From NCBI GenBank assembly GCA_951406725.2, contig OX597833.1:70928001-70992000 (forward strand): 64,000 nucleotides of DNA, in the 5' to 3' direction. This DNA comes from Octopus vulgaris. Lineage: Eukaryota. The position numbers and the translations under genes are program-made. Of the stretch, positions 1-13,576 are shown piece by piece (within the stretch, counting starts at the first letter, position 1; the number at the start of each line of letters is the position of its first letter). The notes beneath the pieces were generated by a model. That model saw only the letters and a program-made list of their open reading frames with translations, was not told the origin of the DNA and did no database searches.

Positions 1-565
1 TCTTTTTCTTTTTTTTATTCCTCCTTTTTATTTCATTGTCATTTAAACACACTTCCTTATCACTTTCCATAGCTTCAAAGGAAATAAATACCACACACAC
101 ACACACACACACACACACCTTAGCTGCTTCTCAAGATAATATTTAATATCCTATATTTTAAAGTATTTCTAAGGAGAGCAAGGGGGGGAGCACTTTCCCA
201 TTATCTTCCTCTAAACCACCACCTCCTGTCTTCTCTTCCTTTATCCCTCTGCATTTCCCTTCTTCCCTTCCACACTCTCTGTCTCTCTCTCTAACCACCC
301 CCAGGAACCCCCTCCCTCTCTCACCTGTCTCTCTCTCTCTCCGTCTCTTTCTTCCTCTCTTTGCATTCTCCACATAGCTGAGAGAAATAGCAGGCTTCCT
401 GCTAACACATTTATTTGTTCTAGTTATCATCACAAACCAATTCTCAAAGGAGATTTCTGCACACATTCTGTCATTAGCACCAGCCATTCAATTTATTGCA
501 TTAGCCTCTCCCATACATTAAACCTCTTTTGATTCTCCTAAAAACCCTGACTAACCTTCCCCCTC

Positions 566-610
<45 letters not shown>

Positions 611-702
611 TTCTCTCTAATGGTGCCAATGTATTTCATATTTTGTCTTAGAGACAAATAATGAGAATACAAAAACACAACAGCTGTGCATGTGTATCCA
701 TA

Positions 703-890
703 TCATCATCATCGTCATCGTCATCGTCATCATCTAACGTCCTCCTTCTATGCTAGCATGGGTTGGATGGTTTGACTGAGAACTGGTGAACCAGGAGGCT
801 GCACCAGGCTCCAATCTGATCTGACAGAGTTTCTACAGCTGGATGCTCTTCCTAATGTCAACCACTCCGAGATTGTGTAGTGGGTGCTTT
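703..890 (-). mobile_element. RTE-type LINE 3' end / RTE-tailed SINE copy
   Basis: (CAT)n tail followed by ctagcatgggttgga...ggatgctcttcctaatgtcaaccactccg; recurs more than 10 times in the window. Confidence 0.7.
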
Positions 891-1602
891 TTACGTGCCA
901 CCAACACAGGGGCCAGTCAGGTGGTTCTGGCAACGACCAAGCTCAAGAAGTGTTTTTTTACGTGCTACCTGCACAGGGGCCAGTCAGGTGGTTCTGGCAA
1001 CGACCAAGCTCAAAAGGTGTTTTTTTATGTGCTACCTGCACAAGGCCCAGTCAGGTGGTTCTGGCAACGACCAAGCTCAAAAGGTGTTTTTTTACGTGCT
1101 ACCTGCACAGGGGCCAGTCAGGTGGTTCTGGCAACGACCAAGCTCAAAGGTGTTTTTTATGTGCTACCTGCACAAGGCCCAGTCAGGTGGTTCTGGCAAC
1201 GACCAAGCTCAAAAGGTGTTTTTTTACGTGCTACCTGCACAGGGGCCAGTCAGGTGGTTCTGGCAACGACCAAGCTCAAAAGGTGTTTTTTTACATGCTA
1301 CCTGCACAGGGGCCAGTCAGGTGGTTCTGGCAACGACCAAGCTCAAAAGGTGTTTTTTTACGTGCTACCTGCACAGGGGCCAGTCAGGTGGTTCTGGCAA
1401 CGACCAAGCTCAAAAGGTGTTTTTTTACGTGCTACCTGCACAGGGGCCAGTCAGGTGGTTCTGGCAACGACCAAGCTCAAAAGGTGTTTTTTTACGTGCT
1501 ACCTGCACAGGGGCCAGTCAGGTGGTTCTGGCAACGACCAAGCTCAAAAGGTGTTTTTTTACGTGCTACCTGCACGGGAGCCAGTCCAGTGGCACTGGCA
1601 AT
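890..1602. repeat. Minisatellite, ~67-bp unit, ~10 copies
   Basis: gtgctacctgcac recurs at 962, 1029, 1096, 1161, 1228 ... 1563; contiguous with the RTE-tail element. Confidence 0.95.
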
Positions 1603-1770
1603 GAGTGGATTTAGTTGATGGACAGAAAAGTAACTTCATTTTGTGTGCGTTCTTGCCTTGACTTCCTATGACAGTTGTAAACAAGTGTCACCATCATGCA
1701 AGCAGTGTCTCTTGTCTTCCATGAAAACATGTCTGGTTATGGAGAAGTATTGCCTTGCTCAGCAAACATT

Positions 1771-2157
1771 TCTCTTTCTCTTTTACTTGTTTCAGTCATT
1801 TGACTGCGGCCATGCTGGAGCACCGCCTTTAGTCGAGCAAATCGACCCTGGGACTTATTCTTTGTAAGCCCAGTACTTATTCTATCGGTCTCTTTTGCCG
1901 AACCGCTAAGTGACGGGGACGTAAACACACCAGCATCGGTTGTCAAGCAATGCTAGGGAGACAAACACAGACACGCACATACATATATACATATATACGA
2001 CAGGCTTCTTTCAGTTTCCGTCTACCAAATCCAATCACAAGGCATTGGTCGGCCCGGGGCTATAGCAGAAGACACTTGCCCAAGATGCCACGCAGTGGGA
2101 CTGAACCCGGAACCATGTGGCTGGTTAGCAAGCTACTTACCTCACAGCCACTCCTGC
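1771..2157 (-). mobile_element. tRNA-derived SINE family A
   Basis: Near-identical to the + strand copy at 13162-13576. Confidence 0.85.
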
Positions 2158-2804
2158 AGGGGTTAGTGACAGGAAAGGCATCCAACCTCGGTGAATTCAG
2201 TCTGATCCATGCAAGCATGGGAAAGTGGACGTAAAAACTGTGATGATGATGATGATGAAGATGATGATGAGTCTAGGTAGTCTCATCCAAGGCACATGAT
2301 CACTAGGGATGTTCCATAAATGGCTTATAACAAGCATCTATGTTCATGCTTTATGAATTTCTTTTGACCATCACTTCTTTTAATTTTATTAAAAAAACAC
2401 TTATGTCCAGTTCTGTCCAGCCCAAATATTCTGTTTTATGTCCAAACCAGCCAGATCTGGCCTCTCACACTGACCCTACAACGGCCTTTTATAAACCCAC
2501 AATCTTGTCATTGAAATCTCAAAGCTACAATCTGGAGGATGACTAACTCAAATCAATCAGGATAAATAAGCTTTACGCTTGACTGAGTAATCTAAATTGC
2601 TAAAAGCATTGATCACTTTTCCAACGTTCCCTTCCTACAATTCAATGCCCTGCCCCCCGCCCCGTCCTCACCCCCTATTTTTAAACGTGCATACACATAA
2701 TAGCAGTCAGTCCAGAGTAGCTTAGTTCCGGGTACTAGTTTGATATGAGTGACTACTTACCACAACAACATTAACCTTACCATAAGTGGAGTAGGATAAG
2801 TGTG

Positions 2805-3150
2805 GGTGGTGGCTGTTGTGGTAAGAAGCTTGCTTCTCGAACACAGGGTTTTGGGTTCAGTCCCACTGCGTGTCCCCACTTGTCAAGTGTCTTCTAATGT
2901 AGTCTCAGGCTGACCAAAGTTTGTGAGTGGTTTTGGGAAACAGAAACTGAAAGAAGCCTGTCGTATGTGTGTGTGTGTGTGTATCTTTGAGTCTGTTTGT
3001 CCCTTGTCGCTGCTTGACAACTGGCGTCGGTGTGTTTACATTCCTGTAACTTAGCAGTTTGGAATTGATTGATTTGATTAAAAAATCTTCCAAGGCAGTG
3101 CTCCATCATGGCCACAGCCTGATGACTGAAACATATAACAGATAAAAGAG
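2805..3150 (+). mobile_element. tRNA-derived SINE family A, diverged
   Basis: gtggctgttgtggtaag...gggttcagtcccactg head and conserved body. Confidence 0.7.
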
Positions 3151-3639
3151 TTCAAAGTCTATTTTTTATTGTTGTTATTGTGATTGTTGCAAAATAAAAA
3201 TAAGCAGTTTTATCAAAATGTTGCACAGACTTGGCACCATTTCTTCTGGGTCATTATGTTCTGAATTCAGATCTTGCTGAGGTTGACTCTGCCTGTCACC
3301 CCTTCTGCATCAATGAAGTAGAGTTAACATATAGACACTCACACACACACACATCCACGTAATTATAGGCGCGTGCATGTATATGTATATATGTGTAGGT
3401 GTACATTTTGCTCAGTGTGCTAATGGTTCTGCCAGCTCAACGCTTTTCTTAATAATAATAATAATAATAATAATCCTTTCTGTTATAAACACAAGGCCTG
3501 AAATTTGGAGGGAAGAGACTAGTCAATTATATTGACCCCAGTGTTTCACTGGTACTTAATTTATCGACCCCCCTCCCCCAAGGATGAAAGGCAAAGTCAA
3601 CCTCAGTGGAATTTGAACTCATGGTTATGGTTGCAAAAA

Positions 3640-4296
3640 GTAAAGCTGAAAAGGGAGACAGAAAGTGTGTTAGTAGCTCCATAAGATCAAGCATTAAGGA
3701 CTAATTGGATAAAAGCCAAGATAGGCAAAAACCAAGTAGATTCCCAATGTAGATTATGCAAATCAAAAGAGGAAAGCATTACTCATACAGTAAGTAAATG
3801 TAGAATGCTGGCACAGGAAGAATACAAGAAAAGACCTGACAACCTACGGAGAGTAATCCACTGGGAGTTATGTAGAAAGCTAGGATTTGAACACACTGAT
3901 AAATGGTATGAACATGAACCTAGTAAAGTTGTAAAGATGTTGTAGGCCTTTAACAGATTGACAGAGTAATAGAAGCTAGAAGGCCTGATCTAGTAGTTGT
4001 AGATAAAGAGAATAGAAAGTGGCAGATAATTGACTTTACAGTCCCAAATGATGAAAAGATCAATATGAGAGGTATAGAGGAAATAGCAAAGTACCAGGAC
4101 CTAGCCATTGGGTTACAAAGACTATGGAAAGTGTGGGGTTAACTGTATCCCAGTAGTTATAGGTGCATAGGGAACTATCCCTAAAGATCTGAACAGATGG
4201 ATAGAGGAAATAGGCATAAAACCCAGTTTAGTACAGCTCCAGAAAAAAGGGTTATTAGGGACAGCTTGGATGCTTAGGAGGGTTCTTGGCATCTAA
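3640..4296 (+). pseudogene. Decayed non-LTR retrotransposon C-terminus (CCHC + restriction-like endonuclease, R4/NeSL-type)
   Basis: Frameshifted translation includes CRLCKSKEESITH..C, KWYEHEP, RRPDLVVVDKE, IIDFTVP, KYQDLA, LQK..LLGTA..LRRVL. Confidence 0.8.
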
Positions 4297-4787
4297 GGTT
4301 ACTTGTTGTAACCCAATGTTAGGGTTTTTTTCCCTTTTCCAACAGTCTGCTCCGCTGTGTATATAAAAATACCAATGATAATATTGATCCGTTCTACTCC
4401 AGGCACAAAGCCTGAAATATTTTAGGGGACAGTGTTGGGTGTTTACACCCACCCCTTCCCCCACTCAACTGGCACATATTTTAACCCCCCAAAAGGATGA
4501 AAGACAAAGTCAATCTGAACGGAGTTTGAACTCAGTACGTTAAGATGGACGAAATGCCACTATGCACTTTCTTTGGTGTGCGACCGATTCTACCAGGTCA
4601 GTGGTGGTGGTGGTGGTGGTGGCGCTGGTGGTAGCGATTGTTGTTGCTGCTGCTGTTGCAGTTCTTATGTGCTTTAGTAAAAGAACTTATTACAAATAGA
4701 CTAATTAATATGTTTATGTGTATATAATATATATAATGGAAAGAAGAGGGGGAAATGGTACTCAGAGGTGTCTAATCTTTGAATAGT

Positions 4788-4821
<34 letters not shown>

Positions 4822-4919
4822 ATGCACACATGTCCACCTAGAGATATGCAGAGAGAGAGACACAGAGAGAGATCTACTCTAAATACAAACACACATACAT
4901 ACATACGTTATATATATGT

Positions 4920-5270
<351 letters not shown>

Positions 5271-5844
5271 CGCATGCAAGATGACACATGTGTATATAAC
5301 ATGAGTTGATGAATAATTTATTCTTGACCGTCCATTAAGTATATTACCTTTGCTGTCATGGAACCAGGCTAAAAACTGGGCAATAAATATTAATTCCTTT
5401 TGTTTGGTTCCATTCGCCAATTCAGATAATGGAATTATTCCCGGGGTAAATATAGAAAAGAAACAAAACAACAAAGGATTTGTGTGTGTGTGAATGGAAA
5501 ACAAATGCCAATGTTGACATTAGTAATGGCTACACATGGCAAGTGTGTATGTAATATATATATATATATATATAAATATGCATGTATGTATGTACAAATA
5601 TATTTGTGCATATATATATGTGTCTATATGAGTGTGTGTATACATATATATATACTTGTATATATATATATATATATATATACATATATATATACATGTA
5701 TATATATATATATAAGTAAGATGTATATATGTATGTATGTATATATATATATATATAACGCATACATATGTGTATATATATGCATGTATCTATATATATA
5801 TTTATATGTATTTATATATGCATGTATGTATGTATATTTATATG

Positions 5845-5885
<41 letters not shown>

Positions 5886-6300
5886 GCACACATACATACT
5901 TGTGTGTTTGTGTAATTTGTAACCTTTAGCAGCAGATATGCCTTGGTTGTTGCAAACATCTCAGTCACAGAAGTCTGTGTCAAGTTCTGCAGATTCAGGA
6001 CACAAAAGAATTCTGCTGCCATTCCAATATGAAAAAAAAACGAATGAAAGTGTTTTTATGTAATTTTTATTTGCTGAAATTTCCGAAATCTTCCATTCGT
6101 GACCTCAGCATCGTCAGAGTCTGTTAGTAGTGAACAAGAATTGCCCCTAAAGAAGGAATACATACCAAAAGTGGTCCCTAATATCTTTGTCTTTGATTTC
6201 TGTCCTAAGCTGCTTTGGGTCCATCTTTGAATGTTACATTGAACCATTTCTTTGTATCTCTGTCTTGTCTTTTATGATTTCTTGCATGATCAAACAGCTG

Positions 6301-6705
6301 TAAGTTAGTTAGTTAATTTTTTGGCTCAAAAGCAAAAAGTAAGGCCATGTAGGGGGACATGGAGTTACGTACAGGGTGGTGTTCATGTAAAGAGTTCAGG
6401 CCACTTGTGGTCAAGGGAGACTTTGAACCGAGCGGTCGTCGGCATCTTCACCATCTCGCCTGGCAGCTTATTCCACGGATCCGCAACCCGGACGGAGAAA
6501 GCCCCTCTCCTCTTCTTCGATTGAGATGAAATCGTCGCAGATAGAGCTTTTCGGAATGACCCCGCAGCCGACGCTCTGGAGCAGGAGTGAAGAACAGCTC
6601 CTTCGAGAGGTTACACTTTCCGCTTATGATGTTGTGAGCAAGAATGAGATCACCACGGCGGCGGCGTTTTTCTAGAGAATAAAGGTCGAGCTTCTTCAGC
6701 CTTGA
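6301..6705 (-). mobile_element. CR1-type LINE 3' fragment, family 1, (TAAC)n tail
   Basis: Minus translation RRRRGDLILAHNIISGK...LRGHSEKL...AFSVRVADPWNKLP...FKVSLD, typical CR1 RT C-terminus. Confidence 0.8.
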
Positions 6706-6949
6706 GGATTATTTGTCTTGCTGAGTTTTCTGCAGCCTTTGGACATGCCAAGCCAGTGGAGGTTTTGCTACACCAACATCTCTTCTATGTTCAAGAAGAT
6801 GGCTTCATGTGGTGTTCATGGTTTATCTCAGGTGATGCGTGGAGATGGTTTTTTTTTTTTGTTTTTTCTTTCTCTATTTTTACTCAGTTTGTAGTATAAT
6901 GTATAAGCCTCCAGTCTGTACAGTTAGCTAATAATACCTATTTCTAAAC

Positions 6950-7168
6950 ACAGAGGGGCTAAACACAGAGAGGACAAACAAGGACAGACAAACGGATTAA
7001 GTCGATTATATCGACCCCAGTGCGTAACTGGTACTTATTTAATCAACCCTGAAAGGATGAAAGGCAAAGTCAACCTGGCGGAATTTGAACTCAGAACGTA
7101 ACGGCAGACGAAATACCACTAAGAATTTCGCCCGACGTGCTAACATCTCTGCCAGCTCGCCGCCTTTG
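6950..7168 (-). mobile_element. tRNA-derived SINE family B
   Basis: Minus strand aaggcggcgagctggcag...gagttcaaattcc (B box)...ggggtcgat; same family at 44140-44376 and many decayed copies. Confidence 0.75.
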
Positions 7169-7337
7169 ACTAATAATATGATGGCTTTGGCATGGTTGTA
7201 TAGTTATGAGGTTTGTTTCACCACCACATGGCTTCAAGTTCAGTCCAGCTTCAGTCAATCTTCTACAATAACCTTAGGCTGACCCAATGCCTGGTCAGTA
7301 AATTTCTTACAGAAAATGCAGAAACTTGTCATGAGGT

Positions 7338-8537
7338 CATTGCCAGTGCCTCTGGACTGGCTCCTCTGCAGGTGGCACATAGAAAACCCCATCTGAGCAT
7401 GGCTGTTGCCAGTGCCGCTGGACTGGCTCCTCTGCAGGTGGGACATAGAAAACCCCATCTGAGCATGGCTGTTGCCAGTGTCACTGGACTGGCTCCTCTG
7501 CAGGTGGCACATAGAAAACCCCATCTGAGCATGGCTGTTGCCAGTGCCACTGGACTGGCTCCTCTGCAGGTGACACATAAAAACCCCATCTGAGCATGGC
7601 TGTTGCCAGTGCCGCTGGACTGGCTCCTCTGCAGGTGGCACATAGAAAACCCCATCTGAGCATGGCTGTTGCCAGTGCCACTGGACTGGCTCCTCTGCAG
7701 GTGGCACATAGAAAACCCCATCTGAGCATGGCTGTTGCCAGTGCCGCTGGACTGGCTCCTCTGCAGGTGGCACATAGAAAACCCCATCTGAGCATGGCTG
7801 TTGCCAGTGCCACTGGACTGGCTCCTCTGCAGGTGGCACATAAAAACCCCATCTGAGCATGGCTGTTGCCAGTGCCGCTGGACTGGCTCCTCTGCAGGTG
7901 GCACATAGAAAACCCCATCTGAGCATGGCTGTTGCCAGTGCCACTGGACTGGCTCCTCTGCAGGTGGCACATAAAAACCCCATCTGAGCATGGCTGTTGC
8001 CAGTGCCGCTGGACTGGCTCCTCTGCAGGTGGGACATAGAAAACCCCATCTGAGCATGGCTGTTGCCAGTGTCACTGGACTGGCTCCTCTGCAGGTGGCA
8101 CATAGAAAACCCCATCTGAGCATGGCTGTTGCCAGTGCCGCTGGACTGGCTCCTCTGCAGGTGGCACATAGAAAACCCCATCTGAGCATGGCTGTTGCCA
8201 GTGCCACTGGACTGGCTCCTCTGCAGGTGGCACATAAAAACCCCATCTGAGCATGGCTGTTGCCAGTGCCGCTGGACTGGCTCCTCTGCAGGTGGCACAT
8301 AGAAAACCCCATCTGAGCATGGCTGTTGCCAGTGCCACTGGACTGGCTCCTCTGCAGGTGGCACATAAAAACCCCATCTGAGCATGGCTGTTGCCAGTGC
8401 CGCTGGACTGGCTCCTCTGCAGGTGGGACATAGAAAACCCCATCTGAGCATGGCTGTTGCCAGTGCCGCTGGACTGGCTCCTCTGCAGGTGGCACATAGA
8501 AAACCCCATCTGAGCATGGCTGTTGCCAGTGCCACCT
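7338..8537. repeat. Minisatellite, 65-66-bp unit, ~18 copies
   Basis: Unit gccagtgccgctggactggctcctctgcaggtggcacatagaaaaccccatctgagcatggctgtt. Confidence 0.95.
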
Positions 8538-8779
8538 GAAAAACAGGCATTAATGGAACAAAGAAATGAATGGATTTCATTCAGGTTATTTGAGGTAAGG
8601 TGATACTAAAAGAGTTAAGGCTGTGTATATATAAAGCTGTGATGTACATTAAAAAAAAAGACTCTGATGTGTGTATAAAGCCATAATTTTATTAGAGATG
8701 TAAATCTTTCCATTGTCCCTGGATTATTAATATTCAATGTAATCTTTTATTTACCTCAGGCAGCTCCATAACATGCAAG

Positions 8780-9240
8780 CATTTGTGTGTGTGTATGTGT
8801 GTGTGCATGTATGTATGTATGTATATATATATGTATGTGTATATATATATGTATATATATATATGTATGTATATGTGTATATGTATGTATATATGTATAT
8901 ATATATATGTTTGCATGTAGGTATATACATATGTATATATATATATATGTGTGTGTGTGTGCATGTGTGTATGTATGTATGTGTGTGTATATATATATAT
9001 AATGTGTGTGTGTGTATATGCGTATATTTATGTATATATGTATGTATATATATGTATGTATGTATATGTGTATATTTATGTATATATGTATGTATATACA
9101 TATGTATATACATATGTATATACATATGTATATATGTATGTATCTATATATATGTGTGTGTGTGTATTATATATGTATGTATTTATATGAATATATGTAT
9201 ATATACTTACATATGTTTATATGTGTATATTTGTATGTTT
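8780..9240. repeat. TA/TG low-complexity microsatellite
   Basis: Mixed (TA)/(TG)/(TATG) tract. Confidence 0.9.
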
Positions 9241-10472
9241 ACAATGATCTCCTTTGGATCGTTTTGCTTGACTGTCATTGTAAAAATGTTCTGTTTGTTA
9301 AAAAATTGACAAGGCTTTCCACCACCACCCCTTTTACCCCCCTGGGGCAGGTGAGGCAGTGTGTTGAACTTTTCTTCTTACAACTTAACCCATCACCTGA
9401 CCCCTAAGTACCTTCAATCAGGCCCACTCAGTTGCAAGCACCTCCTTTCTTCTTCCCTTCCTTCCACCAATCTCATAGACCCTGTAAAAGGGTCACGGGT
9501 ATTCCCTGCCCACCTGACTAAATCATCATCATCATCATTTAATGTCCATTTTCCTGGCATGGGTTGGACAGTTTGACTGGAGATGGCAAGGCTGGAGAGT
9601 AGCACCAGGATCTAATTATCTCTTGTGGCACGGTTTCTACGGCTGGTTGCCCTTCCTAATAATGCCAACCACTTTACAAAGTGTACTGGGTGCTTTTTCT
9701 GTGGCACCGGCACAAGGGCTTTTTACGTAGCACTGGCACAAGGGCTTTTTCTGTGGCACTGGCACAAGGGCTTTTTATGTGGCACTGGCGCAAGGGCTTT
9801 TTCTGTGGCACTGGCACCAGCAATAAACGGGAAAAAAAGACTCTGCCCTTGAGAATGTCTGAAGAAATTCTGGATGGACAAAACCTCACCAGGAAATTGA
9901 ACTCAGAACGCTGTGAGTGCAAGCAAATGCTGTTAGGCATTCCATTTGATGCTGAAACAAATCTTACCGATTCATTGCCTAAAAACTCAATGAGAAGAAA
10001 AGCAAAGATTAGAAAATGTCACTTTATGATTCATGAACCAGAAAAAACTCTGAGGTGATTGTCACAGCAGGAACACCTTTGTTTATATGTCGAACTACTT
10101 GATTAGGTGAAAGCTGCGCTTAGCAACAACATGTGTTGGTGATCGAGATTTAACCCCAAGTTCCATAAATAATGGTTATTTTCAAAACTTCAGTGTCCAG
10201 CTTGATTTCTTGGTTGTAATAATTTAATTAAGTGTTGTTCTAATTTTTTTAACGAGCAGATAAGGAGCAATTGTGCCTAATTCAAGATCTGGGACCACAT
10301 ACCTCGTTACTTTGCGGAGGACCATTTGCAATCCACTTTGGAAGTGGAGATGGATTACAATCTAAAGAGGCTCAAAGCTTATGATAATCCGCTTCCTGTT
10401 TACTTTGTCTTTCTTTTTAAGTTTCCATGAGACTCTTATTGTTTATTCACACACAACAATAAACCTATGTAT

Positions 10473-10512
<40 letters not shown>

Positions 10513-10827
10513 CATATATATATGAATAAACAAATGGAGAAGATTGCATTGTTTATACCATTTATTCTTTTGAATAGTATCAGTGGAATTTTCGAAACAT
10601 GTGTCGGAAGTAAAAATATTTGATTACACCTGCGTTAAACTCCATTTATTTATTCATATATTATTCAAAATATTCAACGTAAACACGAAGTTTCTACCTT
10701 TATAAACAAGGAGTTACAGCACCTTTACTTGTGAGATTTTTGCTGCCCTGGTAACTATTTATTTCTTTTTTCCGTGTTAATTGTTAACAAGGTAAAAATA
10801 CACTCATCTATTTATATATATATATAT

Positions 10828-11072
10828 TGTGTTGTGTCTGAGGAGAGTCATTTTCTTTTTGTGCCTTATAATCTAACACACTCACCGGTAAAATTTCCAC
10901 TTTTTTCTTATTTTTATTTTCCTAAAATTTTCGTTGCATCTTGCAACCTTTTCAATAATCTTGACTATCTATTTTTTTAGGAAAATAAAAATAAGAAAAA
11001 AGTGAATATTTTACCGGTGTGTTTGTTACATTATAAGGCACATAAAGAAAATGACTCTCCCCAGACACCACA
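10828..11072. repeat. Inverted repeat, ~100-bp arms (inverted Penelope-like termini)
   Basis: 10828-10927 is the imperfect reverse complement of 10975-11072; hammerhead motif in the spacer. Confidence 0.8.
10922..10958 (-). ncRNA. Minimal hammerhead ribozyme motif, U3-A8 core
   Basis: Minus strand TTA-TTGAAAA-G-GTTGC aagat GCAAC-GAA-AATT-T-TAG: stem II 5 bp, palindromic stem III, short stem I. Confidence 0.5.
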
Positions 11073-11359
11073 GAATATGCTTCAACACACGAACTCACAT
11101 AAAGAATCTTGCAAACCAAATCCCAAAACGAAATATATATATATATATATATGAGCAAAAATGCCAATTCTAAAATGTCTCTAAGAGATCAACGCAGTAG
11201 TTGTAACTTCATCATTAATCAGCGCAAGATGTTCTCTTGAGGTTAAAAAATTGCAACAAAGTCCGTTCGAACGGACAGCCATATTGAAAGGGCTACGAAT
11301 ATTATATATATATATATATATATATACTTTATTTAAAAGCAGCAGAAATTCAACAAAAC

Positions 11360-11397
11360 CTGTTACTCGGAGTTTCATGTTCCCGTTCGTCAAACAG
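11360..11397 (-). ncRNA. Minimal type I hammerhead ribozyme motif (partly decayed)
   Basis: Minus strand CTGT-TTGACGA-ACG ggaa CAT-GAA-ACTC c GAGT-A-ACAG: stem I CTGT/ACAG, GUA cleavage triplet. Confidence 0.6.
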
Positions 11398-11500
11398 TTT
11401 GTTAAAATTTCTGCTGCTTTTAAATTAAGTATATTACTCTACCCCTGGTATTTGAGCACTCTTTTTTCCACTTTGTTTCACATTTATGTGTTTACTCCGG

Positions 11501-11532
<32 letters not shown>

Positions 11533-11625
11533 TAATCCAAACGGGAAAACAGAAAAGACAACAACACGTGGAACAATTAAAGTATTATTATTAGGCGCTC
11601 AGGAAAAAGGGAAGAAGGAGGGTAT

Positions 11626-11652
11626 GACGTTTCGAGCGGAGCTCTTCGTCGG
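11626..11652 (-). ncRNA. Hammerhead-like core (variant or degenerate)
   Basis: Minus strand CCGACGA-A-GAGC tcc GCTC-GAA-ACGT-C; stem I not evident. Confidence 0.4.
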
Positions 11653-13161
11653 GGGATTAAGTTATTGGCTTCAGAAATACCTGGTTACATGTTTGGTTAT
11701 ACAGCACAGAACCACGGTTGACTTTGTGTTTCTGTTGGCTTAGATTGCCCAACACTTGTGAGTAGAATTTGGTTGGTGGAAACTGTGTGGAAGCCAATTT
11801 TGAGTTAGAGTGTGTGTGTGTGTGTACATACAATGGAAACTGTGGCACTGAAGGACAGCAAAGAATTTATAGAAAAACAAAAATGTAAAAGTTGCATAGA
11901 CTGGATACTGATCGGGTCAGTTTCTCATCAGTTGTTGACCAAATATTGTCACCATTTTGACACCTTCTGACAATACCGTTCAATTCTGCAGTGTCAGCAA
12001 TCCAAGCTGCTGAGGGTCGAGATGAGTGGACAGAAAAATTTAAACAAAGACTGTAAGAGAAAAACAAAATATGGTCTGTCAATGGAATGGTAAATAAAGA
12101 TGAGTTTTGAGAAGAGGCAGAAATACAAAATGGAACAAATATACATACACATAAATGTGTATGTGTGTGTGTATATATATATATATATGTTCATTCATTC
12201 TGCAAGACATGAATATTTCAAAGTCTTTCATTAGGATTCAAAGAATCCTGGATTTTGAAATATTTATGCCTTTCTTGAAGAATGAATAGATGCAGGTAAA
12301 CAGCTTGTTTCTCTGCCACAAAGTTCCAGGTTCAGTCCCACTGCATGGCACCTTGGGAAAGTGTTTTCTACCATAGCCTCGGGCCGACCAAAGCCTTGTG
12401 AGTGGATTTGGTAGACGGAAACTGAAAGAAGCCCGTCATATATATATATATATGTATATTTATGATATGTGTGTGTGTGTCTGTTTGTCCCTACCACCAT
12501 CGCTTGGCAACCGATGTTGGTACGTGTAACTTAGCAGTTCGGCAAAAGAGAATGATAGAATAAGTACTAGGCTTACACAGAATAAAGTTCTGGGGTTGAT
12601 TTGTTCGACTAAAAGCGATGCTCCAGCATGGCCACAGCCAAATGACTGAAACGAAACTATATGTGTGTGTGTGTGTGTATTTGTTTGTTGAAGCCGTCAA
12701 GGAAGTTTCTGTATGATTGCTCAACTTGATAAAAATAGCTTCCAAATTATCTCCAGTTCCTTTGACCTCTGACCCTGTTGTCTGAACCCTTTTGATAGCA
12801 AACCATCTGAGACCCACTCCTGGTTGCATGAAACCATCTTCCTGTTTTACAACGAACTAAACTATCTTAGAACCTTCTGTGAAAATTTCATCTTAGTCTG
12901 TGTTCCAGACATTCACTTAATAATGCCAAAGTTATTTTACCAAATTCTTTATTACTTTAGAAATAAATTGAAAAAAAAGGCAGCTTAAATTCAACAGAAA
13001 TAAGGTTTTAAAAAATGGTTGAAACTTTCATTACATATTTCTAATGAAATTTCTATGTGGTTCAGTTAAGTTTTTAAATTAATTTAGAATTTCAAGGAAT
13101 TTAGTGAAATGACTTTTTCGCTATCAATCATTTTGTTACTTTATTGAAGACACTGCCTGTA

Positions 13162-13576
13162 GGGCGCAGGAGTGGCTGTGTGGTAAGTAGCTTGCTAACC
13201 AACCACATGGTTCCGGGTTCAGTCCTACTGCGTGGCACCTTGGGCATGTGTCTTCTACTATAGCCCCGGGCCGACCAAAGCCTTGTGAGTGGATTTGGTA
13301 GACAGAAACTGAAAGAAGCCTGTCGTATATATGTATATATATATATATATGTATATATATATGTGTGTGTGTGTCTGTGTTTGTCCCCCTAGCATTGCTT
13401 GACAACCGATGCTGGTGTGTTTACGTCCCCGTCACTTAGCGGTTCGGCAAAAGAGACCGATAGAATAAGTACTGGGCTTACAAAAGAATAAGTCCCAGGG
13501 TCGATTTGCTCGACGAAAGGCAGTGCTCCAGCATGGCCGCAGTCAAATGACTGAAACAAGTAAAAGAGTAAAGAGT
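13162..13576 (+). mobile_element. tRNA-derived SINE family A, full length
   Basis: A box tggctgtgtgg, B box ggttcagtcc, internal (TA)/(TG) tract, (AAGAGTA)n tail; further + copies at ~12290-12655 and 14420-14815. Confidence 0.85.

Noticed and set aside
158-487. 109-aa Arg/Glu/Gly-rich minus-strand ORF
   Set aside because: Comes from a CT-rich low-complexity tract; no domain or splice support
843-1618. Three overlapping ~250-aa ORFs
   Set aside because: Stop-free 67-bp minisatellite open in all frames
7255-8580. 441-aa and 388-aa Cys/Trp-rich ORFs
   Set aside because: 66-bp minisatellite derived from a retroelement UTR
10565-10612. Possible additional hammerhead (cgaaacatgtgtcggaag)
   Set aside because: Stem III and GUC are present but no recognisable CUGANGA core or stem II; too decayed to call
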